From positions 1,488,001 to 1,552,000 of the forward strand of contig JBLDXI010000055.1 in the NCBI GenBank assembly GCA_047495785.1: a stretch of DNA of 64,000 bases. The letters are read 5' to 3'. The position numbers were made by a program, and so were the translations under genes. Below the pieces are notes generated by a model. It had not been told where the DNA came from. It worked only from the letters and a program-made list of their open reading frames with translations, and searched no databases. The number at the start of each line of letters is the position of its first letter. Within the stretch, counting starts at the first letter, position 1. Positions 25,701 through 37,376 of this stretch are shown here, piece by piece. Source of the DNA: Lepidodermella squamata (Eukaryota; Animalia; Gastrotricha).

Positions 25701-28054
25701 AAGTCTTCGAATTCATCTAGGCTGAGCTCAAGATAACTTTTGAGATAATTATCTACAAATTCGAAATGCGCCTGGGACTCTGGTTGGAGGCTTCGTGCCT
25801 AGCGCAGATGAGCAGGCGAAGGTCTGGGACCGTACAACCGGTGAGACCGTGCTAAGTTGCCAAAAAATATTTGAACAGCAAGTTGTCAAACGATGCAGGT
25901 TAGAGTAAGCAAGATGAGCATGAACATGAAATTTCATACGAGAGTGAGGACGGTAGTAACCTTCTGATCATTGAACAGGCCGAAATCATGGCTGATTGAC
26001 CGGGCAATGTATAATGCTGTTGTTGATAGGTGTGAGATATCTCAAATTATCATATAAAATATACGCATTCTAAATTCTAGATTCTAGATTTATTCTAGGT
26101 TATAGTAGAACCCCCAAGTATAATTTGCTCTTTTGCTTTGCTGGTTTTATAAATGTTATTTTCATGCTTAGCCGAGAGCCGTGCGTCTGCCCTGCCAAGC
26201 CGAGGCAGCTATTTGGATGGCGAATACGCATCCGGCTACCGCCCGACGACCCGCACTTCATCGCGCAGAGCCGATTCGGCCGTCAACCTCGAAGAAGCTC
26301 CGCAAATGATGGAAGTCGAACCTGAGCAGCCGTGGTTCGTACCGACTATCACTCAAGAAATGGCGAACATGGCGGAAATATCTAGCAAATTTATAATAAT
26401 GATTCATTTGATCCGGTCCTTCGAGGCAATCGGCGATAAAACGCTCGTGTTCAGCCAATCCCTCATCTTCCTGAATTTGTTCGAGAAAGTTTTGGCGGAA
26501 GAGCAACGCCGCCGTGAAGAGGCGAGGACGAACGGCAGCGATCCAGCACTTGCTGAGCTGATTCCGACCTTCGAAAAAAACAAAGACTACTTCCGCATTG
26601 ACGGGCAGGTCTCGAGCCTGATTCGCCGCGATGCCGTTCACCGCTTCAACAACGCGGAAGATTCTCGGGCGCGGTTGTTCCTGATCTCGACGAAAGCTGG
26701 AGGCATCGGAATTAACCTGGTTGGGGCGAACCGCGTTCTTCTAACAGACGCGAGCTGGAACCCGAGCCAAGACGTGCAGGCGATTTTCCGCGCTTATCGC
26801 TTCGGCCAGCAAAAACCGGTGGGCGTCTATCGACTAATCGCTGCTGGTACAATGGAGGAGCGCATCTACGATCGTCAGGTCAACAAACAGTCACTTTCTC
26901 ACCGTGTCGTTGATGAACAGGTTTTTGATGAAAATCTAACTGCAATTTCATTTTATTACATTTTTGACAGCAAATTGCGCGTCATTTCACTAATCGCGAC
27001 TTGCTGGCTTTGTATCGCTTTAGTGCGGCCGAGAGCCGTATTCCAGACGCGCCGGCGGATCCTAATGACATGGCAGCGCTTGCATCTCGCTTCGAAGTTC
27101 CGAAAGACCTTGTATTGGCCGAAACGCTGCGTAAAATGCCGCACGTGATCTCGAAGTATCACATCCACGACTCGCTGTTGGTGCATCAGGTTCACGAACA
27201 GCTGGACGAGTCTGAGCGTCTGGCGGCGTGGCGCGAGTACGAACTGGCGCAGAAGGGCGTTAAGGTGGACAGCAGTGATCCGTTCTCCACTCACCGCTCT
27301 CTTGCATGGGCGATGCGCCGCGATAGCAATTTGGATGGGTACGACGCAGATGTAGCCGCGCTGCGAGAAATGGCGACGTTGTTCGGCTTGCTGCGGCCTG
27401 GTATCCAGGAATATGTCGACCAGCAGCTGCCCGTCTACGAGCAACTTGCAAGAGATGCGGCTGAACGAAAGCGACAACAGGCTGAAATTCCATCGTCGTC
27501 TGAGGCTAGCTCTTCGAATCCAAGCCAGCAGCAACTTCTCGAAGAATATGTCAAGTTGCAACAGCAAATTCAGGTAAGTCTGTGAGAGGTTATTTGTTTG
27601 CTAAAACAGCGAAAGGCGGGGTAAGCGTTTCTTTATTCTCCAAAAATAAATATTAAGCTGGATTTTTAGCGATCTTTTCTATTCTGTGCCATCTGAGATT
27701 ACTTGGGTACTCATTTTTTGTTGATTCTGTTTTTTTTTGCAGATTCAGCTCGCTCGCAAGCCTGCCAAGCCGAAGAAGCCGCGCCAGAAGCGCCGGCCGC
27801 GAGGATGGTGGGCTCTTGAACATAGAGGCAGCGGCGATGAATCAGTTATTTCGTCTGCCCATCTTCGGCAATCTCGGCCATTTAACAATTTTGATGGCTC
27901 TGATCCTTCAAGCTCTGAAGGGGCTGGCACTTCCGCACAGCCGCCACAACCGCCTACCAATCGTTTAGCTGATTATGCGTACCAAGATTCTGACGCAACT
28001 GATGAAACTGAAAGCGGGGATGGTTTCGAAAACTACTCTGATTCGGATTACTAA
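22751..28054 (+). CDS. ATRX: ATRX/XNP SNF2-family chromatin remodeller
   Basis: GCIVAHCMGLGKT, CDEGH, LTGTPLQNNL, FSQSL, YFRIDG, ARLFLISTKAGGIGINLVGANR, QAIFRAYRFGQQKP. Includes a 1231-bp intron (24941-26171) whose flanks join in phase 1. Confidence 0.9.
25229..25420 (-). mobile_element. Degenerate piggyBac-like transposase C-terminal Cys-rich domain in the ATRX intron
   Basis: RNDDVGHYP...RRDCVIC...CSKFKVPLC...DN* fits the piggyBac CRD pattern, with one Cys changed to Phe and one to a stop. Confidence 0.6.
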
Positions 28055-28573
28055 ATGTGACATCGCCAACTATTGACAATCAACGTTTGTTGTAGCCTTA
28101 TATTCATAAATATCAAATCTGCCTATATTAATCTCACATACTTATATCTGCTTTTCATTTACGCTTTGTTTCAACGATTTGACAAATTGACACTGTATGA
28201 TAAATTGTTGACGTCTTTTTATATCCGGATTTCCAAATGCCCGGTATCTCATATGCCTTTTTGTATCTATATTGAATCGATCATATTTACTCGAAACGAC
28301 TCGTGATTCTAAGTATATAATGACTGCTGCCAGTTTTTGCGCCTTCTTTTTGTTCTTAAATGCTTTCGCTCAAAATGTTTTCAGACGGATCAAAATAAAG
28401 AGAAAGCAAGAGACAATATTTTTCTTTGTTTTTTGAAATATTTCGGAAAAATATTTACTTTTTTTGCAACAAGCGGTAGTTGATTCTTTAAAGGGTAAAT
28501 AGACGAGGCAAATGATTCGATTCCTTTTTTGAACATCAAAGGAGTCATTTTGTTTACACACTCATTTTGTTTG

Positions 28574-28717
28574 TACCCTATCGGAAATCCGTGATGAAAA
28601 GACGTAGAGTTTTCCAATTTGTCGCAAATGGGCCCAAGTCATAGCCCGAGATATGGGTATAATTAGCGAAAAACATATCCTCAACTCATCTGCGATCTAC
28701 GGATTTCCGACAGGGTA
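28574..28717. repeat. Short inverted-repeat element (MITE-like remnant)
   Basis: TACCCTATCGGAAATCCGT (28574-28592) pairs with ACGGATTTCCGACAGGGTA (28699-28717), one mismatch. Confidence 0.5.
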
Positions 28718-29104
28718 TTTTAGTGTAAAAGTGACAAGAAGGGCCGGAATCAGATTCCGCGTCTCATATATCCGCCGTCGAATATTCACCGATGCGACTG
28801 AGTTCAAGGATATTGATCTCTCCACAGCATGCATAGCAGGGGCTCGAATCATCGTAGTCAGTCGTGGACTTCAATCATGACCAACAGCACGTACGAACAT
28901 GTTGTCAGAGAACAAATGACTGTTGCTTAGCTAATTTCCACTTGTTTCGTGCTCAAATCTAAGTTGGCTCTGATATAAATACCAATTACAATTCTCTGAT
29001 TAAGTAAATTTCAGGCGTCTTCATCTATATCTGTTGAGAAATTTTACAAGGGCAAGCCATAGCGTAACTCGAGGTTTTCTCATAGTTTCAATAGTTACTT
29101 TACA

Positions 29105-32050
29105 ATGAGGCGCAGCTGCATTTTTCTTCTTTATTTGCTTCAATCTACCGATTTGGCGCTGTTTCAAAAACTTGACATGCGCTCGCCGATGCCCAAGTTT
29201 ATCAGGCCGACGACTTCAGCGTCGAGTTTCAAACCAAATATATCAATAGTAACAGTTGTGAACTACGGTAGGGCTATTTTTAGATCGAATTGTTTTGATT
29301 TTATTTCGCCAATTTTGCCATAATATAACAGGAGGGCAGGCCTACCCGCTTGGGCCAATGTGCACTGAAGGCATTCAGATGGCTGTCAATGCTATCGAGA
29401 GAGCGGGAATTCTTCCCAGCTTTGAATTCTCCGTAGAAGTTTTGGACGACATGGTGAGTCATGAAAATTACTAAATAGTTTCCCTTCATTATACGAGATC
29501 TCGCATTCAGTGCTTTCGAGATGTTGGCGTAAAGCTGGTAATGGAAGTAATGAGAGGTGACAGGAGCGCCCCAGATCGAGTTCCTATGATCGCCGGGCCA
29601 ATTTGCATTTCACACATGTACACCGGTATCGCCATGAAGCACTTCAACTTTGTCGGGGTTAGGAACTTTTACATAAATTTCAATATCTCTGTTATATTCC
29701 ATATCTTATTTGAAACAGCTCGCCGCTTCAACTATAGCTCCAGAAATCTACTATCGCCGAAGCATGTTCGACTCTTACTTTGCACTGCCACCTTCCGTCG
29801 AAGTTTTCTACGCTGCGATCCCGGAATTCGTCAAAGCTAACGGCTGGTCAAAAGTATACCTATTCAGTGAGACGGTGACATATTGGCAATCTGTGAGTTT
29901 ATCTCTTCGAACCCATGTTACATGCCCTTTCATAATAAAATTGAATATTTCCATTACACAGTATGAACAGATTCTGCTACAAAAGTTCGCCAAGTTGAAC
30001 ATTTCTCTTGCTGGGACGGCCAAGATATTGATGTACGGCAGTGGCATCGTGCCAACATCTGGCCAAGTGGAGGATGCAGTCAGAGAGCTGAAGGCCCTCG
30101 ACCCTCGCATTATCGTCGTCAACACGAACTACGGGGCGCAGATGGCGTGTTGGCTGCACAGACTCGGATTGTACGGGCCGAACTACGTGTTCATCTTCTA
30201 CGGCACCGGCTACTTCATGCCGAACAACCCGTCGCGATACCGCGACTGGTGCACCGAGACGATGCTCTACCAGGTTACTTTTCTTTTATGCTTTGTATTC
30301 CTTGTATGCAAGTTTTCGTCGAATATATACAGGTGTTGAAGAGCGTAATATTCTTCAGCTATTCATTTCTGGTAAATACCGAGCGCAATGCCACGGATTC
30401 TCTTGGAGTGCGAGTTCAAGATTTTGATGCCGCATTGAAGAGTAGGATCGATAGTCCCGAACTGGCGTCTCCGTGGTGGTATTGGCGGGCTCTGTGCTAC
30501 GAACAAGTAGCTGCCGCAGCAGTCGCGTTAGACCAGGCAGAGAAAACTTTACAAAGAGGTATTTTTATTTATAGAGAGACCCGTGTCACCCAACAATGAT
30601 TTCTCCGATTAGTTAATGATTCCTTGATCAATTGGACGACTGGGAGCATCAATTTTTTGACGAACGGAGGGCGCATCCACGCTTTACTGAAAGAAAGCAT
30701 GTCAAATCTGGTCTTCCAAGGCCTCAACTCGAAAGTCAATTATTCAATGAACGCGTTGAAAGGCGCCACAGCTTTCTACCAGATGCAGGATAATGTCATC
30801 GACGAAAACCAGACAATGCGCGATGTTACCTCGGCTTTAGCACCAATTGCAGTTGCGACGTTCGATTCGGCAGATGCAAATGGGCAGCTTAAAAGGACCC
30901 GGGCTCCTCTGATATGGAAAACGGTTGACGGTCGTGTCCCATCTGATTCAATTAGATTCATTCAAGTTGAAGTAGCATGGTTGGATGGCGGAATTCGCTA
31001 TCCTCTAATAGGTAAGAAAACCTTCTGAAGCGCTTCTTTTAATATTTCCCAATTTGTATTATAGCAATTGCAGTAGCGCTCATATCTCTGAATTGCGCCC
31101 TGTTTACTCTACATTTCACGAAGATGAGAAAGAGGAAAAACGCCTTCCAATCTAGGATGACGATGCCAAGGCTAAATCTGCTTGTTGTTCTCGGCAACAC
31201 GTGCATACTACTGTTCACCCCACTAGCGCATTACTCTGGAATAGGAGGGCAAGATAGATTTCGATGCATGAGTGCTGCAGGATTATTTGTAATTGGCACT
31301 AGCCTGATACTATGCAGTTTGTTAGCCAAGCTCGAAATCGGCTACAAAATCCTGCATTCTGAGCATTGGAACGCATTGACGGCCGCAAAAAGTCGAAACG
31401 GCACGTTCACACTCACGCCTGTCCACCGCTCCTCATCACTTGCGCGTCAAAGCGAAGGCATTATTGGCCAGGATTTACGAGGTTTCGAGAAAATAGCTCT
31501 TTCCTTCTTATTACTTGCGACAGTTGTAATCACAATCATCCTTGTGGCCTGGTTTTCATTATTTCCTATGAGCATTATCCAAGTTGAGATGGGAATTTCA
31601 GTATCGCCAGTTGACATAAGTTTGGCCTTCGAAAGACATACCTTCGTCTGCAGCTTGAATTATTCTATTGGCACTGTCGGCTTCATTGGAATTCTGATTA
31701 CTATATTCGCCGTCGTCTCACTTCGAATGCTGTTTCTGTCCGTTTTTGTTAAAAGGGTATGTTGCTATTAACTTATTGTAACAAAATCAAATTTAGCTGC
31801 TCTCATTCTCTAGACCTTTTCCGACAAGATAGGTGATTTAACTGGGACACGAAGCGTAGTTTGGCTCGATGTGATTTGCCTAACAGCCGGTGCAGTTGTA
31901 ACGTGGGCATTTTTTTCTAATGATGCGGGTTCGATTAGCATGGCTGTGTCAGTAATTTCTTTCAACGTTTCTATCCTAAACGTGCTCCTGATTTTCTTTC
32001 CTAAATTCATTCTACGCCACACTTATGCAACCGAACAGATAAAGGACTAA
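29105..32050 (+). CDS. Class C GPCR, GABA-B-receptor-like (Venus flytrap + 7TM), copy 1
   Basis: Signal peptide; LKALDPRIIVV and LGLYGPNYVFIFYG resemble the GABA-B flytrap; no Cys-rich linker; 7TM with LNLLVVLGN, SLLAKLE and LIFFPKF. Confidence 0.8.
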
Positions 32051-32203
32051 TTGACATTCTAAATCGCACGTGCGCGACGTTCTTGGAGATCGCAGTTGAT
32101 AATTATTTGTGTTCATAATTGGGATTATCAAGTGTATCAACGCCTCTGTTTTGATTAGTTAATTCGGCTCGGCATACCTATATTTTTATCTAAAAGGAGT
32201 TTG

Positions 32204-32541
32204 ATACGATTCATTTGATACCACTGAGCTAAAATGTCATATATATATATAAATGTCTAAGCTAAAATGTCATATATATATATAAATGTCTAAGCTAAAA
32301 TGTCATATATATTATATATATATATATATCGTTCGTGGCGCGGAAGAACCCGCACTTCGATGATTTTTTGCCCTGACTGTACCCCGCGAGTACAGCATAA
32401 CGCGCAGTATTGCATATAGTATCCAAGGCTGTACTCGCGGGGTACAGTCAGGGCAAAAAATCATCGAAGTGCGGGTTCTTCCGCGCCACGAACGATATAT
32501 ATATATGACATTTTAGCTCAGTGGTATCAAATGAATCGTAT
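32204..32541. mobile_element. Foldback/palindromic MITE-like element
   Basis: Perfect 67-bp inverted arms (32330-32396 / 32428-32494, 31-bp spacer), flanked by (TA)n and a further outer inverted pair from 32204 to 32541. Confidence 0.8.
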
Positions 32542-33812
32542 GTCTGAACGTCTGAGTGGAAAACGCCTACCAGACTTGAGATTGAATAAATCTATTTCTA
32601 AATTTACTTTTTACTGCATAATTAGGCTTCACATATGAGGTATGGACGCTTCGTTACGAATGCAAGTTATTCTTAGTGCAAAAATTCGAAACCTATGGCC
32701 AATCACCCTTCGCCACAGCTACTCGCCTTAATTAAAATTTACGGTGCAACCCTTCTTGAAGATTGTTGAGTTTTGAAGCGTAAACGAGAAGACTAATGCT
32801 TAATATTTAATAAGAGAAATTCCTAAAATATCCTGAAAAATTGGGTGGGACTTATTTCATCAGACATGATGTCTTATTTCCGCTGACAACCGAATAACAT
32901 GTGACTTCAAACATCCGACAACAGCTCTCACTGGAAACCAAGTTTCACTGAATTTTAACGAATGAGGGAGCTTCAAGAAGAACTCGGTGATCAAGTAATT
33001 AAGAAGTCAAAATTAATTCACCAATGGGTCATTTGGTTTAGGAATATTTTTAAGCTCGAAAAAACCGTTCGAAGTCAGGCTTTGACCAGCATTGATTCCT
33101 TCTTTTACTTCAAAGGACGTCGCTTTGAAGTCCGATTTTGCAAACTCGTGGGTTCCCCATAAAATGCCTGAGTCTGGAATCGATAAGAGCCACAGATCGA
33201 ATAAAATGAACTGAATATTCAGGTTCCTAGGCTTGGCGATTGGCAGAGATGATCGGCAAGGTTCGAATGTGGGCAACTTTCATGTCGGTTATTTCAAGTC
33301 ACATTTCTGGTTAGCGGATGAAATAAGCAGACGATATTAATCTCAAATCGGATTAAATATCGTACAAAAATCATTATCTTTTTATAGCAATAAAAACGCG
33401 AGTCGTCAACAATTCATGGATTCATTATATGTAGGTCTAGGGATAACTTGAGCAGCAGAGCTTGGCAGAATTGTGTGGATGACACAACTGGGTCACCGAA
33501 ATAAAAAAACATTACGTTAGGGACTCGAGATGTCTTAACAAAAAGTGTCCGAAAAGCTGTCTATAACTTGAACGATTCTAATCAGGTACCATAATTATTC
33601 TGTATCAAGGATAAGAAAAAGATCATTAGTCTACCACAGTTCATGAAGTTTTCGTGCCACACGTGACGCGTACCTTTATTTTCTGCGTATTACTTGTGCG
33701 TGCATAGGCGCTGAGTTAACGCATACTCTTTAATTGAGCTAATTTCAAGCTAAATTAAAAAAGGGCGTCTTCTCTCACACCTCGCGACTTTCCCGGCAAA
33801 AGCAGATTGTCT

Positions 33813-36581
33813 ATGATGTTTCAACGAATAGCTGTTCGAGTACTAATAATATTGCTGTCACTGGCCTATGCAAATCCTCACAATATGGATGAGCCGATGC
33901 CAGAGCTCGTAGTTTCACCGAATGACCACAGAAACAAAACTCTGGTCAAGGTGCTGAACAGCGTATCATACAGCGGGTATTATCCTACGGGTCCGATATG
34001 CACCTTGGCAACGATAGCAGCACTGGATCACCTACGATCTCGAGAAGACTGGTTGCCTAACTACCAAATAGGCTTTGAATTTTTCGATGATACGGTTCGC
34101 CAATAACTTGGAAAAAACAATTCTCCTTAATTGTGTATAATTGCAGTGTGATAACTCGGTTGGAATTTCCGGTTTCATTGAACGGTTGCGAGCGAACGAC
34201 GAGGCAGAAAATAGGTTTCCAATGGCGGCTCTCACAGAGTGTGTGGATCCGTCTCAATCTCTCACGGCTATGGCTCTTCAATTCGTGAACTTCGTCGGCG
34301 TAAGTTCTCGCCACATTGAAGCACTCATCATCAAACCAAAATCCAACTTTTAGTTCGCCGTTATTCCAACAACGATTGAAGGTGTCTACGACAAGCGAGT
34401 CTTTCCCAACTTTTTCCCACTTGGCGAGCCGCCTAATTTCTACTACGAAGCGGTTTGCAAACTTCTAGTCGCTATGAGTTGGAAAAAAGTTGCGATAATA
34501 TCCCAAATTGACATATTCTTCACTCTGGTAAACAGTGCCACGTGTCGGGTTGTCTTTTTGTTATCCATTTAATTTTCAGATGGATAAATACCTGGTTCAG
34601 CAGCTCGAGCGCCACGGCATCGAATTGCTGTACCTGGAGAAAATTAGCTTTGACATCAATCAAGAAGTTGAATTGGACCAACTGAGATCGCATGATCCGC
34701 GCATAATACTGGTCAATATTTTTTCCGGGGAGTTGGCGTGTTGTCTGCTTCATCGGAACGGTTTATATGGCAGCAATTATGTTGTACTATTTTTCGGCTG
34801 GGAGAATATTAATAATCCACCCGTGGTTCCACAAGAAGCGCCATGGTGTACATTGGCCATGATTTATGAGGTAAAAAGCGCTATATTGGACAATTTTCTT
34901 GCATTTTCCTGCATATTTTCCCGAAGGTTATGGCAAGCGTTATACGTTACGTGGATACAGCTTTGAACAATTTTTATGGACCCAAATTCACCGATTCTTT
35001 TGGAGGTTCTCTGCCGCAGCTCAAGGAGGTCCTCGAGAAGGAAATCGACAAACCCTATCTCGCACCTGGTTATTCTTACTGGCCAGAGCTATGTTACGAC
35101 CGAGCTCTAACAACTGGCATTCTCCTGAATGCAACAGAAACCATCCTTAACGCCAGTATTTAAACATTTGAAGACTTTTATAGCCATAAAACCTCAATTC
35201 TTTAGGAAATCAAACTCTATCTGATTGGTTCACCAATGGTGAGAATTATCGGAATAATGGAGGCGAGATGGCGACTGTACTGAAAAATGCCATGTTGGAC
35301 ATCAAATTCACCGGGCTGAAAGCTCAGTACGAGTTCGACAAGCGGACAAAGGCTACTAAAATGAAGTTTCCGGTCAGCTTCAATCAAACCATTGTCGAAG
35401 AGGGCAACAAAACATTCAGCGTTTTCATCGGATTTCTAATACCTGAAAATAACACGGAAAAGCGTTTGTTCCTGCGTCCGGCAGCCATGCGATGGCGAAC
35501 ATTCGACAATCAGCCACCAAAAGATTCTCTGATAATCGTTAGAGTTAAATTGCCATTTATAGCTCTAAGCACCAACGCCATTTTGAAAGGTATACGTTGT
35601 TCTTAGAGCTGCTTTAATCTTAAAACATCTAATTTACAGGGTTCGGCGTAGTTATGATAGTCGTTATCATTGCATGTCTTCTACTTCCCCTACTGCCTAT
35701 CATTAAAAGAAAGCGACCAACTTGGAGATTCACAACAGACGACGGCTTCCTGCTGTCTGGCAACCTTTTGCTGATGATCCATGTCTTATTAGTTCCCGTC
35801 GATTCGGATTATTTTGTGAATACGAACTGTTCTGCTATGCTCGTCTTATGCCTATCCGGCTATTCTGCTGCCGTAGCTGCAGTTGCCTCGAAAGTAAGCG
35901 GCTCTGCTAGGGGTGTACTCGCCCCAATCCAAACTAACACTCAGCTAATAGCCCGATTCAATGACCGCTTCAAATTCCCTGGAATGTTCAGCCTGTCTTG
36001 GATGACTTTACACTCTGTACTAATCGGTGTAGTGTTGGGCATTGCCCCGATCTCGGTGATGGAATTCGACCAGAAACTTGAATTCTTCGGACAGGATAAA
36101 TACTTGGCATTGCTACCTTTTCAACTTAAATGCGATTATTCTGACTTCTTCGGCAATACTGCTACAATATCTATATTAGTGATTGTTTCGCTGCTGCAGC
36201 TACTTTTACTTATTTACTTGCTACTTTTGGCCCTGACATCCAAGGGCCGTGTTGCCACCCGCTCATCGTCAGTCGTATGTTTCTTTGACTTTATAAATTT
36301 TGTATTGAACTTAAGATGATGATAATTAGCAGCGCTCGTCAGCCATGTTGAGCAGATCTAGCAGGAGAAAACTGTCAACAGCAAAGCGTAGCCTGATGAA
36401 GTCTGACTGGTTGGTCAACTTCGTGTATTGCTCTTGCATCTTTCAGTTTGCGGGCATCCTCGTAGCGTCACTGGACTTGGCCAACTCTAATCACGTTCTC
36501 ATCACTACCGCAGGTTTTTCCATTGGATATGTGGCATTAAACATCGCTCTGGTTTTCCTTCCTCCGATATTCAAACGTTGA
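33813..36581 (+). CDS. Class C GPCR, GABA-B-receptor-like, copy 2 (divergent)
   Basis: WLPNYQIGFEFFDDT-C, SWKKVAII, LRSHDPRIILVN, GLYGSNYVVLFFGW; 7TM ending ALVFLPP. Confidence 0.78.
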
Positions 36582-37376
36582 AATATTTGATAAGAAAATC
36601 TATCGCGCGCAGGGGCGATTGACCCTCCAATTACTTCTGTTTCTTAGCCGTATTTGGTTTGAGAAAATCGATTGCTTGTTGTACTATATGTTGCTAAGAA
36701 TATATATTTTTTCAATCGAAATAAGAAATTAATCAGGAAGGTCGTTTGACCTTAGCTATAAGACATGATATTGGTTATGAAGAAGTTATCGAATTGCAGT
36801 AGCGCACATCGTATAATATCCGTCGCCGAGAGATTCACCAATTTACAATATTCATTCTCGATTTCTGTTCAAGGTACTCGACAAGTTCAGAACTTTGTCT
36901 ATTTTGCTATGCCATATTTATTGCCGATGAGCTCATCGGATGGCATCAGTTTCTTCCGTGCTCAGCACTCCTTATATCCGGCGGAAATTTTAGTAAGTTG
37001 CGAGAGTGGAAATAATTAACATGAACAGAACTTGGTTGAGCAAAGGAGCAATTTTCAATCAGATGTAGGTTTTCCATTAGTGTGGAGTGCCAGTCCAGTA
37101 TTGCATGAGGCATTGATGGCTGGCTATAATGTCGGCTTTTCTTTGGACCAACCGAACACTAGCAGACACGAACAAATCAGGCGAGGCACTTTTATCCTCT
37201 GAAATATCACCCGCGCCTAGCGCCTACGTTTTATGATGCAGTTTATGGATGTAGTTCGAGAATTCACAGACGGTAAGTTCAAAGTCCAAGCTTCAAAAGG
37301 AGGGTGCTGATCTAAAAATGTTTGACGCTGGAATATTTCCAAGTTTTCAAGCCAGTCGCCGCCGCTATTATAAAAA

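Noticed and set aside
28653-28880. ORF with ARIIVV resembling the GPCR DPRIIVV motif
   Set aside because: The similarity is limited to about five residues with no supporting exons.
32851-33327. Degenerate inverted repeats suggesting an old MITE
   Set aside because: The arms are too diverged and no TSD is visible, so boundaries cannot be supported.
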